From: an uncultured Candidatus Saccharibacteria bacterium
Lineage (GTDB): Bacteria; Patescibacteriota; Saccharimonadia; Saccharimonadales; Saccharimonadaceae
Length of the DNA: 64,000 bases
NCBI GenBank assembly: GCA_963519285.1
Contig: CAUQMR010000001.1
Coordinates: 852-64,851, forward strand
Direction: 5' to 3'
Shown: piece by piece, positions 47,143-57,504 of the stretch
Numbering within the stretch: position 1 is the stretch's first letter
Layout of the letters: every line of letters starts with the position of its first letter
Notes under the pieces: model-generated
Seen by the model: only the letters and a program-made list of their open reading frames with translations
What the model was told of the DNA's origin: nothing
Database searches by the model: none
Program-made: the position numbers and the translations under genes

Positions 47143-47523
47143 ATGCCAATCATCAAATCCGCCATCAAGCGCGCTAAACAAGCAGTCAAACGCCGTGAAA
47201 AGAACATCGGCATCAAAAAAGATATCAAATCAGCAGTCAAAGCTTTTCACGCAAATCCAACCGCTACTACCTTGGCAGCTGCCCACTCTGAATTAGATAC
47301 CGCAGTTAAAAAGGGTCTTTTGAAGAAAAATACTGTGGCTCGCCGTAAAAGCGCTCTGAGCAAAGCAGCCAAAGAGGCTGGAGTTAAACTAGAAGCCGCC
47401 AAAAAGCCGGCAGCCAAGAAACCTACTGCAAAGAAAACACCAGCAGCCAAGCCAGCTGCTAAAAAGGCACCTGCAAAGAAGCCAGCGGCAAAAAAGCCTA
47501 CTGTCAAAAAAGCTGACAAATAA
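47143..47523 (+). CDS. rpsT: 30S ribosomal protein S20 with Lys/Ala/Pro-rich tail
   Basis: MPIIKSAIKR..LDTAVKKG..KNTVARRKS followed by KKPAAKK repeats. Confidence 0.95.
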   Translation: MPIIKSAIKRAKQAVKRREKNIGIKKDIKSAVKAFHANPTATTLAAAHSELDTAVKKGLLKKNTVARRKSALSKAAKEAGVKLEAAKKPAAKKPTAKKTPAAKPAAKKAPAKKPAAKKPTVKKADK

Positions 47524-47539
47524 GACTCGTCAACTTCAA

Positions 47540-47575
47540 ACAACACCTCAGTGATGATGCTGAGGTGTTATTATT
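47540..47575. terminator. Intrinsic terminator
   Basis: AACACCTCAG..CTGAGGTGTT hairpin between convergent rpsT and holA. Confidence 0.75.
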
Positions 47576-47578
47576 TGG

Positions 47579-48475
47579 TTACAATTTTACCAACGCCGTT
47601 TCTATCAGTAGCCACGGATTAACTCCAGTTGTCTTCATCTGAAGGTCTGCCTGAAACAACGCGTCGTTGATCCGCTTAAGATGTTCAATGTCAATAGTTC
47701 GCGCTGATGAAGGCAGCCGCTGCAGTACATATGGATTAACCGACAAATCTGCTGCCACCATGTTATTGTCACCGCCCGACAACACCAATGCTACCATGTT
47801 AGTCGCCTGCGAAGCGAGTAGCCCCATCGTTTGGTAGGCGCCGTCTGTACCACTCTCCGATTCCAAATAACTGATGATGCTATGCACCGTTTCATAATCT
47901 TTCGACAAAGCAGCCACAAACAAATCAAACACGTTTTCCGACCTCGCCAACGGCACCAAATCATTGATCAGCGCATCGGTAATCTTCTCCGCGAGCGCCA
48001 ATTGGTCCAAAAAATTACTGAGTCGCAGCTGATCAAACCCCAACCGGTCAATTAACATTCCTATTTGTTTACGTGTCAGCTTATAGCCGCGCTCATGGGT
48101 CTGTGTTTCACACCAGGTGATAAGTTGCGGCTTCTGGCGATCACTAAGCGGCACAAATTCTTGAGTTTTAGCGACTTTTTGTAGCCATTTATAGGTTTTT
48201 GTTCGCTTATCAAGTTTACCTTCTATTAGGATAATGGTGTTATTGTCATCAAACGATATCTCTGGTAGCCGTGACCAAATGTCAGGGTTTTCGCTCAATT
48301 TCGAGATGACGTACACTGCAGACTGACTAAATAGGGTTTGTCCAATTGTTATTTCCTGCATATCAGCCAGCGTTAATTCCTCGCCATCATACCGCACGAC
48401 GTCCGCATCACCAACCAGCGCTACCAACGCCGCCTGTTTCTCAAATTCGTTATCACCACAGAGAAGATAGATCAT
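47579..48475 (-). CDS. holA: DNA polymerase III subunit delta
   Basis: IYLLCG, TLFS, KLDKRTK, NVFDLF, ADLQMKTTG pattern; convergent with rpsT as often seen. Confidence 0.85.
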   Translation of the reverse strand: MIYLLCGDNEFEKQAALVALVGDADVVRYDGEELTLADMQEITIGQTLFSQSAVYVISKLSENPDIWSRLPEISFDDNNTIILIEGKLDKRTKTYKWLQKVAKTQEFVPLSDRQKPQLITWCETQTHERGYKLTRKQIGMLIDRLGFDQLRLSNFLDQLALAEKITDALINDLVPLARSENVFDLFVAALSKDYETVHSIISYLESESGTDGAYQTMGLLASQATNMVALVLSGGDNNMVAADLSVNPYVLQRLPSSARTIDIEHLKRINDALFQADLQMKTTGVNPWLLIETALVKL

Positions 48476-49440
48476 TTAACCTCCACCTGACACACCGGAC
48501 AAATATGCGTACCGCGGCCGCCGACTTTCAACTTGATAATCTCTTGGTCAGGGTGGCGATGGCAGGCTTGACCTTCACGGCGAAACACATGAGCAAATGT
48601 CAGATAATTTCCCTTCCGACCCTCGGCATCAACGTAATTTTTATCAGTCGAACCACCTTGGTCGATGCTGAGTTGCAAGATGTGCCGTAGCTCATTAAAT
48701 AATGTATTCAGCTGCTGATCGCTAACGTTTTTTACCCGCGTTTGCGGATGAATCTGTGCTGCCCATAGCGCCTCGTCAGCATAAATATTACCAACACCGG
48801 CGATCACTGCTTGGTCAAGAAGGACTGGTTTAATCATCGAATTCTGACGACGGCGAATCCGCTGGATGAAATCCTCGGCGCGCGTCTGAGGATCAAGCGG
48901 CTCCGGCCCAACTTTTTGCATGAACGGCAGGTTTTTCACCTCATCAGTCGGCAGCAACTTCACCCAGCCAAACTTGCGCTGATCGTTAAAAAACAGCCGC
49001 GACCCGTCCACAAAATCAATCTGCACCCGCGTCGACCGATCCGGCAGCTCACCGATCAAGCTGTCATTTGGATGACCACCAGCGAAGTTAGATGCGTCAG
49101 GTATTTGAGTGGTGTCTCTGGTCACAATCTGGGCGTGCTTGTCACCGGGACCCAGATTGTTAGCAGACGACGCCCGAGAATACCATTGGCGAAACACCAG
49201 CTGGCCCGTCATCTTCAGATGTATCACTAGCGAGTAGCGAGTATCCAGGTCAATCATCAGCACTTTTGCTCGCCGTCGCACCGCCGTCACGCGCGCACCA
49301 TACAAAAATTGTTCAACATCAGCGGGCGCATTCGGAAAGCTTTTTGGCGAGTCAAACACCGCCACTCGTGCTACTACTCGACCCGGTAACAACTCCGCCA
49401 AACCGCGGCGAACTGTCTCAACTTCTGGCAGCTCAGGCAT
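48472..49440 (-). CDS. mutM: Formamidopyrimidine-DNA glycosylase
   Basis: MPELPEVET, RRAK, HLKMTG, DQRKFG, GVGNIYADE, C-terminal Zn finger. Confidence 0.97.
   Translation of the reverse strand: MPELPEVETVRRGLAELLPGRVVARVAVFDSPKSFPNAPADVEQFLYGARVTAVRRRAKVLMIDLDTRYSLVIHLKMTGQLVFRQWYSRASSANNLGPGDKHAQIVTRDTTQIPDASNFAGGHPNDSLIGELPDRSTRVQIDFVDGSRLFFNDQRKFGWVKLLPTDEVKNLPFMQKVGPEPLDPQTRAEDFIQRIRRRQNSMIKPVLLDQAVIAGVGNIYADEALWAAQIHPQTRVKNVSDQQLNTLFNELRHILQLSIDQGGSTDKNYVDAEGRKGNYLTFAHVFRREGQACHRHPDQEIIKLKVGGRGTHICPVCQVEVK
49100..49184. repeat. Imperfect inverted repeat within an in-frame insertion in mutM
   Basis: ACAATCTGGG (49124-49133) / CCCAGATTGT (49151-49160), extendable to 15/17; outer GGTATT/AATACC pair. 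Confidence 0.7.
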
Positions 49441-49478
49441 CCGATGTAACCTCCATCCCTCGTTATCTATTATGTGTA

Positions 49479-50123
49479 TTAGAATTGGAAGAATGTATCT
49501 TCCTGTTGCAAACCAACGCCCGCAGCAATCTTTTTCCCGTCAGGAATTTGATTGAGGAACATCAGCAATATGTCGTTGGCATTGGCAGTTGCTGAGCCTT
49601 TTGAGCCACCACAGTCCGACGTCCACAGCGTCTTCACTGGATTTCCATGATATAATGTCTCAAACTTGTACACTTTGCCGTTGGCGCAAATACCCCTCAA
49701 ATCATTTTGTTCTTCTGACAATTGACGCCCTTCCATCATCTTTCTTTTTTCCAGAGCGTACACCAATTCCTCATAGGCGCGGCTATTGTTATCCAACTTT
49801 TTCTCATCAATTTGCTTTTCTAGATAGCCCTCATAGGTACTCATGCGTCGAATGTCCGGTGTGATTTCAATCTGGTAGGAGCGGAATTTTTCCTGCGCCA
49901 CAATCGGTCCGCGAACTGTCAAACGCACCGCTCGGTTAGCGTCAGTCGACAGCAATGATTCTTTAGCAATATCTGCCTGAGATTTTGGTTTGTTCTCCGG
50001 ATTATTACCGCCCAGCAAAGACTGACCAATGGCGATCACCGCTGCCACCGCCACCACCATGATGATAATAACCAGTAAAATCGGTATCAGTCGGGAAAAA
50101 GAATTTGTTCTTGCGTATCTCAT
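49479..50123 (-). CDS. Hypothetical membrane-anchored protein
   Basis: N-terminal TM, Cys pair; TGGTATAAT 6 nt before the ATG. Confidence 0.8.
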   Translation of the reverse strand: MRYARTNSFSRLIPILLVIIIMVVAVAAVIAIGQSLLGGNNPENKPKSQADIAKESLLSTDANRAVRLTVRGPIVAQEKFRSYQIEITPDIRRMSTYEGYLEKQIDEKKLDNNSRAYEELVYALEKRKMMEGRQLSEEQNDLRGICANGKVYKFETLYHGNPVKTLWTSDCGGSKGSATANANDILLMFLNQIPDGKKIAAGVGLQQEDTFFQF

Positions 50124-50174
50124 GGGGTGATTATACCATAATATTAGAATTTTTGCACTAGTATAATTAGTATC

Positions 50175-50585
50175 CTACGAGAGCTGGGCTATCGCTTGAC
50201 GGAAGGCCTCAGGATATTTGTTTTTCAAATAATCAGCCGCTTGCTCAGGGCTTACCCAATGAAGTGTAACGCCGGGCTCACATGAATGAGGAATTTGATC
50301 TACCGGTAGCTGCACACGATACACAATCAACATCAGACTTGTCATTATGTCGTCATATGGTAATAGCTTGACCGCTTTTGCTACGTTCCATAATTCTTGT
50401 TTGGCAATGCGATGAATGCCAATCTCCTCATGTAGCTCACGTAACAGTGCAGCCGTTATATCCTCGCCCTGATCCATCCTGCCGCCTGGAATATCCCAAT
50501 ATTCCTTGCTTTTGAGTAGTAAAATTTGGTGTTCATCATTTTGAATAAGGGCTTTTATACCGATTTGAAATAACTGCTCTGTCAT
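50175..50585 (-). CDS. NUDIX hydrolase
   Basis: PGGRMDQGEDITAALLRELHEEIG Nudix box. Confidence 0.92.
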   Translation of the reverse strand: MTEQLFQIGIKALIQNDEHQILLLKSKEYWDIPGGRMDQGEDITAALLRELHEEIGIHRIAKQELWNVAKAVKLLPYDDIMTSLMLIVYRVQLPVDQIPHSCEPGVTLHWVSPEQAADYLKNKYPEAFRQAIAQLS

Positions 50586-50586
50586 C

Positions 50587-53121
50587 TTATGTCTCCTCCC
50601 AGTTCTTGCCTATTTGTACATCAACCTTCAATCGAATTGGCAGTTCTGGGCAAACGCCTTCCATTTCCGCACGCATTATTTCGCCAACTCGCTCAGCATC
50701 TTCCGCTCGGCATTCCACCAAAATCGAGTCATGAACCTGCAAGACCGGTTCAGCTAACCCAGCCAACTTGTCCTCCAGCCGAATCATCGCCAGCTTCATC
50801 AAATCCGCTTCCGTTCCCTGAATCGGCATGTTCATAGCTGCCCGCTCGGCCGCCGAACGCACCATAAAATTGCTCGACTTAACATCTGGCGTTGGTCGGC
50901 GCCGGCCAAAATACGTCTCGACAAAACCCTGTTCACGCGCTTGAACTAAAATTGTGTCCAAATACTGGCGGATTGGTTGGCGCACCGCAAAATAGTGTTC
51001 AATAAACTGTTTCGCCTCAGTAAATGTCATACCGGTAGCCGCCGCCAGCCCATGTGGACTCATGCCATACAGCACACCAAAGTTGATCACCTTGGCCGCG
51101 CGGCGCTGTAATTTTGTCACCTCGGTCATCGGCACGCCATAAGTTTCGGCCGCCGTCTTGGTATGGATATCGACGTCGCTATTAAAATCGTTAATCAGCT
51201 GCTCATCGCCCGCCAGCACCGCCGCCAGTCGCAGCTCAAATTGTGAATAATCCGCGCCAACAAACACCTTGCCCTCACTCGGCACAAACGCCTGGCGAAT
51301 TTTCCGGCCCAGTTCTGTGCGCACCGGAATATTCTGCAAGTTGGGATTTGTGCTGCTTAGCCGCCCGGTGCTGGTGACATCTTGGTTAAACGTGGTGTGA
51401 ATCCGCCCGTCCTCGGCCACCAACTTTGGCAGCGCTTCAATATAGGTACTGATCAATTTAGTCAGCTCCCGGTACCGCTCAATCAGCTCAATGATCGGGT
51501 GTCGCCCGCGCAGTTTATCCAGCTCTTTCTGCCCCGTTGAATAGCCCGTTTTCCCTTTTTTGATGCCAGTCCTCGGCAGCTGCAATTTGGTAAATAACAC
51601 TTCAGACAGCTGCGCCGGACTAGCAGCGTTAAACTCGCGCCCAGCCATCGCATACATTTGTTGTTCAAGCTGGCTCACCTCCGCCCTCAGCTCCTGGCCC
51701 ATCTGTTCAAGCAGTACTGTGTCCAACTTCATGCCGCGCTGCTCCATCTGAAACAGCGGCCATATCACTGGAAAATCAAACTCGCGGAGCACCCGGGTAA
51801 TCTGCTGATGTGTCGCCATATAATCCTGCTGCTGGCGGTATATTTGGCGTAGTCGTGCCAGCTGTCGCTCTGGAGAATTATCCTCAGAAAAGTCACCCGC
51901 CAGTGCCGCTAAACTGCGGTCGCGCCTCAGTGGATCGATCAAAAACGCCGCCTGACCAACATCCCAGACCTCATGAAACCGCACCGTCACACCGTGAGCA
52001 TCCAGCGCGTGATATAGCTCCTTGACGTCCGCCGCGATCACCACGCCCTGCGCTAGCAATTGCCAAACCGACCAGCCCATCTCACTAATCTTGGCTCGCC
52101 ACGCCACGGCAGGCTTGGAATTAATATAGACCGTGTCCGGCTCTGATGGATCAATATAGATAATATTTTCTGCCTCAAACAGCGGCTCAGCCGGCAAATC
52201 TTCAACACGCGGCAACTCCAACTCTGCCGTCTCCACTGCCTCATCCACCGCCTGCATGGTCTTTGGCAACCGCCCAATCAGCGAATGAAACTCCAATTTC
52301 TGCAAAATTTCCGCCACCCGCGCAAAGTCACAGTCATTAACATCCGCCACCTGCCAGTCCAGTTCCACCGGCGCGTCCGTCCAAATCTCCGCCACTTGCT
52401 TGGTCAAATACGCCGACTCGCGGCCCGCTTCAAGCTTTGTCCGTAGAGCGCCTGTTTGCTCATCCACATGCGCGTACACGCCATCCAGCGTATCATATGC
52501 TTGCAATAATTTCACCGCCGTCTTTTCACCAACGCCTGGCACGCCTGGCAAATTATCGCTTGAATCACCTTTCAGCGCCTTCAAATCCAAAAACTGATCC
52601 GTCCGAATACCATATTTTTGTTCAAAATATTCCGCCGTAAATTCCTCGATGTTCCTCAGACCATTTTTCATGGCGTAGACTTTAGTCAGCGGCGACACCA
52701 ATTGCAGCGCATCCAAATCTGACGTCAGTAAACACGTCTGCACACCGCGCGCTTCCGCTTGCCTGGCAAACGCACCCATGATATCGTCCGCCTCATAATC
52801 ATCGAGCTCATACAGCGGCCAACCAAAGGCGTCCAGCAGTTCCATCAAAATCGGAATTTGCTGATAAAAATCATCGGGCGCCGGCTTGCGACCCGCTTTA
52901 TACTCTGGGTACAATTCCCGCCGCTTGCGGATATTGGTGCCACGCTTATCCCAGGCCACCGCCACGTAATCCGGCTCCAATTTCTTGATCAGCTCAATCG
53001 CCAAACTCACAAACCCATACACACCGCCGGTCGGCGTACCGTCCGCCGTACTGAGCCCCGGCATGGCATAATACCCTCGGTAAAACACTGATTTTCCGTC
53101 GATGACCGCCAAACGCTTCAT
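50587..53121 (-). CDS. polA: DNA polymerase I
   Basis: 5'-3' exonuclease (YEADD, GDSSDN), TGRLSS..PNLQNIP, DYSQFELR, QVHD; proofreading domain degenerate. Confidence 0.98.
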   Translation of the reverse strand: MKRLAVIDGKSVFYRGYYAMPGLSTADGTPTGGVYGFVSLAIELIKKLEPDYVAVAWDKRGTNIRKRRELYPEYKAGRKPAPDDFYQQIPILMELLDAFGWPLYELDDYEADDIMGAFARQAEARGVQTCLLTSDLDALQLVSPLTKVYAMKNGLRNIEEFTAEYFEQKYGIRTDQFLDLKALKGDSSDNLPGVPGVGEKTAVKLLQAYDTLDGVYAHVDEQTGALRTKLEAGRESAYLTKQVAEIWTDAPVELDWQVADVNDCDFARVAEILQKLEFHSLIGRLPKTMQAVDEAVETAELELPRVEDLPAEPLFEAENIIYIDPSEPDTVYINSKPAVAWRAKISEMGWSVWQLLAQGVVIAADVKELYHALDAHGVTVRFHEVWDVGQAAFLIDPLRRDRSLAALAGDFSEDNSPERQLARLRQIYRQQQDYMATHQQITRVLREFDFPVIWPLFQMEQRGMKLDTVLLEQMGQELRAEVSQLEQQMYAMAGREFNAASPAQLSEVLFTKLQLPRTGIKKGKTGYSTGQKELDKLRGRHPIIELIERYRELTKLISTYIEALPKLVAEDGRIHTTFNQDVTSTGRLSSTNPNLQNIPVRTELGRKIRQAFVPSEGKVFVGADYSQFELRLAAVLAGDEQLINDFNSDVDIHTKTAAETYGVPMTEVTKLQRRAAKVINFGVLYGMSPHGLAAATGMTFTEAKQFIEHYFAVRQPIRQYLDTILVQAREQGFVETYFGRRRPTPDVKSSNFMVRSAAERAAMNMPIQGTEADLMKLAMIRLEDKLAGLAEPVLQVHDSILVECRAEDAERVGEIMRAEMEGVCPELPIRLKVDVQIGKNWEET

Positions 53122-53127
53122 ATACTC

Positions 53128-53149
53128 AGTATAGCAAATTTGCTATACT
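53128..53149. promoter_or_regulatory. Perfect 22-bp palindrome forming back-to-back extended -10 promoters
   Basis: AGTATAGCAAATTTGCTATACT gives TGCTATACT on each strand, each 6 nt from an ATG. Confidence 0.75.
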
Positions 53150-53155
53150 AACAAC

Positions 53156-53743
53156 ATGACACAATCACATGCAAACATTATCGCCCTCGTTGGTCTGGCT
53201 GGTAGCGGCAAAAGTTCGGCGGTCGAATATTTCACCAAAAAGGGCATTCCGAAAATTTACTTTGGCGGCATCATCTACAAAGCAATGGAAGAAGCTGGCA
53301 TTGAACCGACTTGGGACAATCAGCAAAAATTCCGCGAGGAAATCCGCCGTCGCGAAGGCAAAGATTTTGTCGTCAAACGCGTCGTCAAATCGGCGCATGA
53401 CTTGATTGACGCTGGTCAAAAACTCATCGTCCTGGACGGCTTGTACACCTGGAGTGAATATAAAATCCTCAAGCACGAATTCCCTGGCCAAATGTCTGTC
53501 ATCGCCGTTGTCACGCCAAAACACCTGCGCTATCAACGTATGGCCAAACGCCCCGAACGACCGATGCAGCCGCGCGAAGTCGACCAACGTGATTGGTCGG
53601 AAATTGAAAACTTAGAAAAAGGCGGACCAATTGCCATTGCCGACTATTTTGTGATGAACGACCGCGGGCTGGACGAGCTATACACGCAGCTGGAGGCCGT
53701 CACCCACCACGAACATTTTTGCAAGGCGCCTGAGCAGTGCTAG
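53156..53743 (+). CDS. P-loop kinase (dephospho-CoA/nucleotide kinase-like)
   Basis: GLAGSGKS, LDGLY, RYQRMAKR..RD.SE..IAIADY. Confidence 0.8.
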   Translation: MTQSHANIIALVGLAGSGKSSAVEYFTKKGIPKIYFGGIIYKAMEEAGIEPTWDNQQKFREEIRRREGKDFVVKRVVKSAHDLIDAGQKLIVLDGLYTWSEYKILKHEFPGQMSVIAVVTPKHLRYQRMAKRPERPMQPREVDQRDWSEIENLEKGGPIAIADYFVMNDRGLDELYTQLEAVTHHEHFCKAPEQC

Positions 53744-53756
53744 ATCACAACACATC

Positions 53757-53790
53757 AAAAAAGCCAGACGCGAAATCCGCCTGGCTTTTT
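53757..53790. terminator. Bidirectional intrinsic terminator
   Basis: AAAAAAGCCAG..CTGGCTTTTT between convergent genes. Confidence 0.8.
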
Positions 53791-53806
53791 ACTATCGCCC
53801 GTCAAT

Positions 53807-54781
53807 CTAGCTCAGATATTCATACAATTTCTTGGCATCTTTATGCTTCCGCAACTTCGCCAAAGCCTTGGCTTCAATCTGGCGAATTCGCTCACGTGTC
53901 ACAGCGAACTCCTGACCAACTTCTTCCAACGTGTGGCTTTTACCATTGTCCAAACCAAAGCGCATACGGACAATTTTCTGCTCACGATCGCTCAAGCTCG
54001 ACAACACATCATTAACCTGCTCTTTGAGCAATTGATTGGTCGCTGACTCTTCTGGTGATACCGTATCTTCATCTTCGATAAAGTCGCCCAACACCGAATC
54101 TTCTTCATCACCATCACGACCGACACCCGCGTCCAAGCTTGAAATGTCTTGCTTGATTTTCATCACATATTCAATCTTTTCTGGCTCCATATCTAGCTCT
54201 TTAGACAGCTCTTCAATAGTCGGTTCACGGTTCAGCTCTTGCGTCATCCGTCGCTGAGTGCGCAACAATTTGTTGATGGTTTCCACCATGTGCACCGGGA
54301 TACGAATGGTTCGTGCCTGGTCAGCAATCGCTCGGGTAATCGCCTGACGAATCCACCAGGTGGCATAGGTTGAAAACTTAAAGCCCTTGTCTGGATCGAA
54401 TTTCTCCACCGCGCGCAACAAGCCAGTATTACCTTCCTGGATCAAGTCCAGAAAATCCAACCCACGGCCCGAATACCGCTTGGCAATTGACACCACCAAC
54501 CGCATGTTCGCCTCAGCCATCTTATCTTTAGCCCTTTTATCACCCTGAATCACACGGTGTGCCAATTCCATCTCTTCTTCAGCGCTGAGCAGCGGAATTT
54601 TACCAATCTCACGTAAATATAACCTGACCGAGTCATCAGAGATATCATCCAGATATTGCCCAGCATTCAGAGCATCCAGGTCTTCGGTTTCCTCGTCATC
54701 ATCAACATCATCGATGGTCGGCTCATCGAATTCCGTCTCATCAGTTGCTAATGGCCTGTTTTTTATTGGATCGTCGGTCAC
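53807..54781 (-). CDS. rpoD: RNA polymerase primary sigma factor
   Basis: [44 protein letters not shown]; downstream of dnaG. Confidence 0.98.
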   Translation of the reverse strand: MTDDPIKNRPLATDETEFDEPTIDDVDDDEETEDLDALNAGQYLDDISDDSVRLYLREIGKIPLLSAEEEMELAHRVIQGDKRAKDKMAEANMRLVVSIAKRYSGRGLDFLDLIQEGNTGLLRAVEKFDPDKGFKFSTYATWWIRQAITRAIADQARTIRIPVHMVETINKLLRTQRRMTQELNREPTIEELSKELDMEPEKIEYVMKIKQDISSLDAGVGRDGDEEDSVLGDFIEDEDTVSPEESATNQLLKEQVNDVLSSLSDREQKIVRMRFGLDNGKSHTLEEVGQEFAVTRERIRQIEAKALAKLRKHKDAKKLYEYLS

Positions 54782-56514
54782 GCTTTCTCCTTAATTAGTG
54801 CGTTCAGCTGATGTCGCAGATCGTGAGCCAACGACTCATTATTTGCAGTTTCAGCGTCACGCAAATTACTCATTAATTGTTGTATTTTGTTTTCACGGTG
54901 TTTAGATATTACATGTTTGACCAATCGCGCCATCTCACCTGGTAAATCGTCTCGATTCCAGTCGGCATAACGAGTGTCGAATTTTAACTGTACTATCTTT
55001 ACATACTCCTCAATATTTTTCAAGGTTTCGGGCATCGAATCAAGTGTTTCGTTCGGGTTTTGAGTAAGATATTCCAACAATTCTCGGGTGTTCGCATTAT
55101 CTGTAACTTCTGGTGGTACCGACGCCAGCCAACGCCTCACGCTTGGTTCTTGAGCCGCAAGCCCTAGTAGCATATCGAGCGTCTCATCTGATAGTTTTTG
55201 TGGTGCTGTTTTCTTAACTTTTGATTGGCGAAGAACCGTTTTGTTTGTTGTGATACCAGACATCTTTGCTGTAAGAGCCTCTATACTGGCCCCTGTTTTC
55301 TCAGCCACCATCTGCAAATAATGCTCTTGTTCTACTGGATCATGCAAACTGCGAATCAAGTTCAGCGATGCAGTTGAAAAGCGTCGTTTTCCCTCAGCGG
55401 TCCTGACATTTTCTCGTTGCGAATATTGTTGTATCACCCACGCCACAGCAGGCGTAGCTTTAGCGATGGCCAACTCCCATTGTTTCACACCATGTGTTTT
55501 GATCAATTCATCTGGATCCTTACTACCCTCTGGTAAACTAACAACCTCCAACTCCACCCCAATGGTTTGTGATAGTTTGATAGCCCGTTCAGTCGCATTT
55601 AAACCCGCTCTATCACCATCAAACGCTAATTTAATTCTACTAGCCAGCCTACTCAAGGCCTTGAGGTGCTGTTCAGTGATAGCTGTTCCAGCCGTGGCGA
55701 CAACCTGCCGCACCCCTGCCTGATGGCTACTCACTACATCCAAATTACCCTCAACGATTACCACTTCGTCTAATTTTCGAATCGCCTCTTTAGCCTGAGA
55801 CAAACCAAAGATGTGTCGTGATTTATCAAACAAAAGTGTTTGCGGCGTGTTCAGGTATTTTGGGGCATTTGCCTCATCGTGAATGATCCGGCCGGTAAAC
55901 CCAACCACTCTGCCAGTAGCATCCATCAGTGCCACCACCATTCGACCACGATACAAATCACCACCAAATCGATTCGTCAAACCAGCATCGGCTAATTCTT
56001 GTTTTGAAAAGCCCCGCTTGGTGAGTGCCGTTACCAACGATGAACCGTCATCTGGCGCAAACCCAACCATAAAATCCTGAATCGTTTGTCGAGTCAGACC
56101 ACGTTTTTTGACGACGTACTCCAGGGCTTTGGGTGTACGCAGTAGTGATTGTTGGAAGAATTTTGCCGCTAGCTCCAATGCTTCAGCCGCTCGTGCTCGC
56201 CGCTTGGCAGTTCTCCCATCACCGCGAGAGAACAAACTCAAATCCACACCCGCCTTACGCGCCAAATGTTCCAACGCCTGGCGAAAATCCATCCCCTCCA
56301 CCAGCATCACAAATGAAAACACATCACCGCCCTTGCCTGACGAAAAATCATGCCAAATCTGCTTTTCTGGGCTAACCATAAAACTTGGCGTTCGCTCGTC
56401 GGTAAACGGACTAAGTCCCTTCATATTACGACCTGCCCGCTTCAGCTGAACATACTCACCAATCACGTCCTCAATATTCAGTCGTGCCCGCACTTCTTCT
56501 TTGGCATCTTGCAT
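54778..56514 (-). CDS. dnaG: DNA primase
   Basis: PKYLNTP, VEGNLDV, FDGDRAG, KDPDEL Toprim motifs. Confidence 0.97.
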   Translation of the reverse strand: MQDAKEEVRARLNIEDVIGEYVQLKRAGRNMKGLSPFTDERTPSFMVSPEKQIWHDFSSGKGGDVFSFVMLVEGMDFRQALEHLARKAGVDLSLFSRGDGRTAKRRARAAEALELAAKFFQQSLLRTPKALEYVVKKRGLTRQTIQDFMVGFAPDDGSSLVTALTKRGFSKQELADAGLTNRFGGDLYRGRMVVALMDATGRVVGFTGRIIHDEANAPKYLNTPQTLLFDKSRHIFGLSQAKEAIRKLDEVVIVEGNLDVVSSHQAGVRQVVATAGTAITEQHLKALSRLASRIKLAFDGDRAGLNATERAIKLSQTIGVELEVVSLPEGSKDPDELIKTHGVKQWELAIAKATPAVAWVIQQYSQRENVRTAEGKRRFSTASLNLIRSLHDPVEQEHYLQMVAEKTGASIEALTAKMSGITTNKTVLRQSKVKKTAPQKLSDETLDMLLGLAAQEPSVRRWLASVPPEVTDNANTRELLEYLTQNPNETLDSMPETLKNIEEYVKIVQLKFDTRYADWNRDDLPGEMARLVKHVISKHRENKIQQLMSNLRDAETANNESLAHDLRHQLNALIKEKA

Positions 56515-56567
56515 GTCTTTATTATATCACCCTTTACCTCTGTTCATGTTTATGCTTAAATAGTACT

Positions 56568-57170
56568 ATGTATCCAAATGATTCATATTCTCAACCACCA
56601 ACACCATCTGGTATTGATTATCTCAATCAAATCGCTGCTCCACCAGAGCCAGCTGGATTTGATAAGAAAACCAAAATCATCATTATCATCATTGCACTGG
56701 TTGGTATGCTCAGTCTTGGCTTCATTTGGGCGGCCAGTCAGTCAGGTTCTGGTCCAACGGTTTCTAACGCCATCATGAGGGTTGCCCGCCTACAAACCGT
56801 CACTGAACTACAGAAAAAGCGTCTAAAAAATAGCACGGTCACTGACATTAACAGCTCCCTTGATGCAATATTAACCACCGCCGTCAATAAGGCAACACCA
56901 ATCGCTCAGTCAGAAAAACTGGATATTAACAAAGCTCTCAAGGTGCCGGACTTTGAGGTAAAGCTCAATGAAAAGCTAGATGATGCCTTTTTAAACGACC
57001 AGCTCGATGCCGTCTACACCAGGGAGATGGCCTATCAACTTGAGCTACTTAGTTCAGAATTATCCAGCTTGTCAAAAAAAGCCAAAAAATCTGACGTCAA
57101 AGAATTCTTAGAAAAAACACAGTCAGACATCACTTCCATCAAGAAGCGTCTCGAGAGCTCTCCGGTGTAA
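56568..57170 (+). CDS. Hypothetical membrane-anchored helical protein
   Basis: Short Pro-rich N-tail (DYLNQIA), TM, helical domain. Start set at ATG 56568. Confidence 0.75.
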   Translation: MYPNDSYSQPPTPSGIDYLNQIAAPPEPAGFDKKTKIIIIIIALVGMLSLGFIWAASQSGSGPTVSNAIMRVARLQTVTELQKKRLKNSTVTDINSSLDAILTTAVNKATPIAQSEKLDINKALKVPDFEVKLNEKLDDAFLNDQLDAVYTREMAYQLELLSSELSSLSKKAKKSDVKEFLEKTQSDITSIKKRLESSPV

Positions 57171-57504
57171 TACCGCTAACCAACTGCCAGCTCAGCCGCG
57201 CCAAATCAAAAATTTCTTCATCACTCAACTGCCCCGAACAGATGATGGTGTTCCAGTGCTTTTTATTCAAATGATAGCCCGGTAGTACCGTTTCATATTT
57301 TTCCCGCAAATTCTGCGCCAGCAATGGGTCACATTTCAAACTCACCCTGAGCGGCTTTGAGCCTTCCGCCACCAATGCCACCATTTTCCCTGCGCCGTCA
57401 TTACTCTTACCAAATTTATACACCGCGATATCCTCGCCAAACGGATAGTCTAACCACACACCGGGCAAACTCAAGATAAATTCTTCAAATTGTTTATGGG
57501 TCAT
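57139..57504 (-). CDS. MmcQ/YjbR family DNA-binding protein
   Basis: DYPFG, SLKCDP, PGYHLNKKHWNT. Confidence 0.93.
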   Translation of the reverse strand: MTHKQFEEFILSLPGVWLDYPFGEDIAVYKFGKSNDGAGKMVALVAEGSKPLRVSLKCDPLLAQNLREKYETVLPGYHLNKKHWNTIICSGQLSDEEIFDLARLSWQLVSGITPESSRDAS

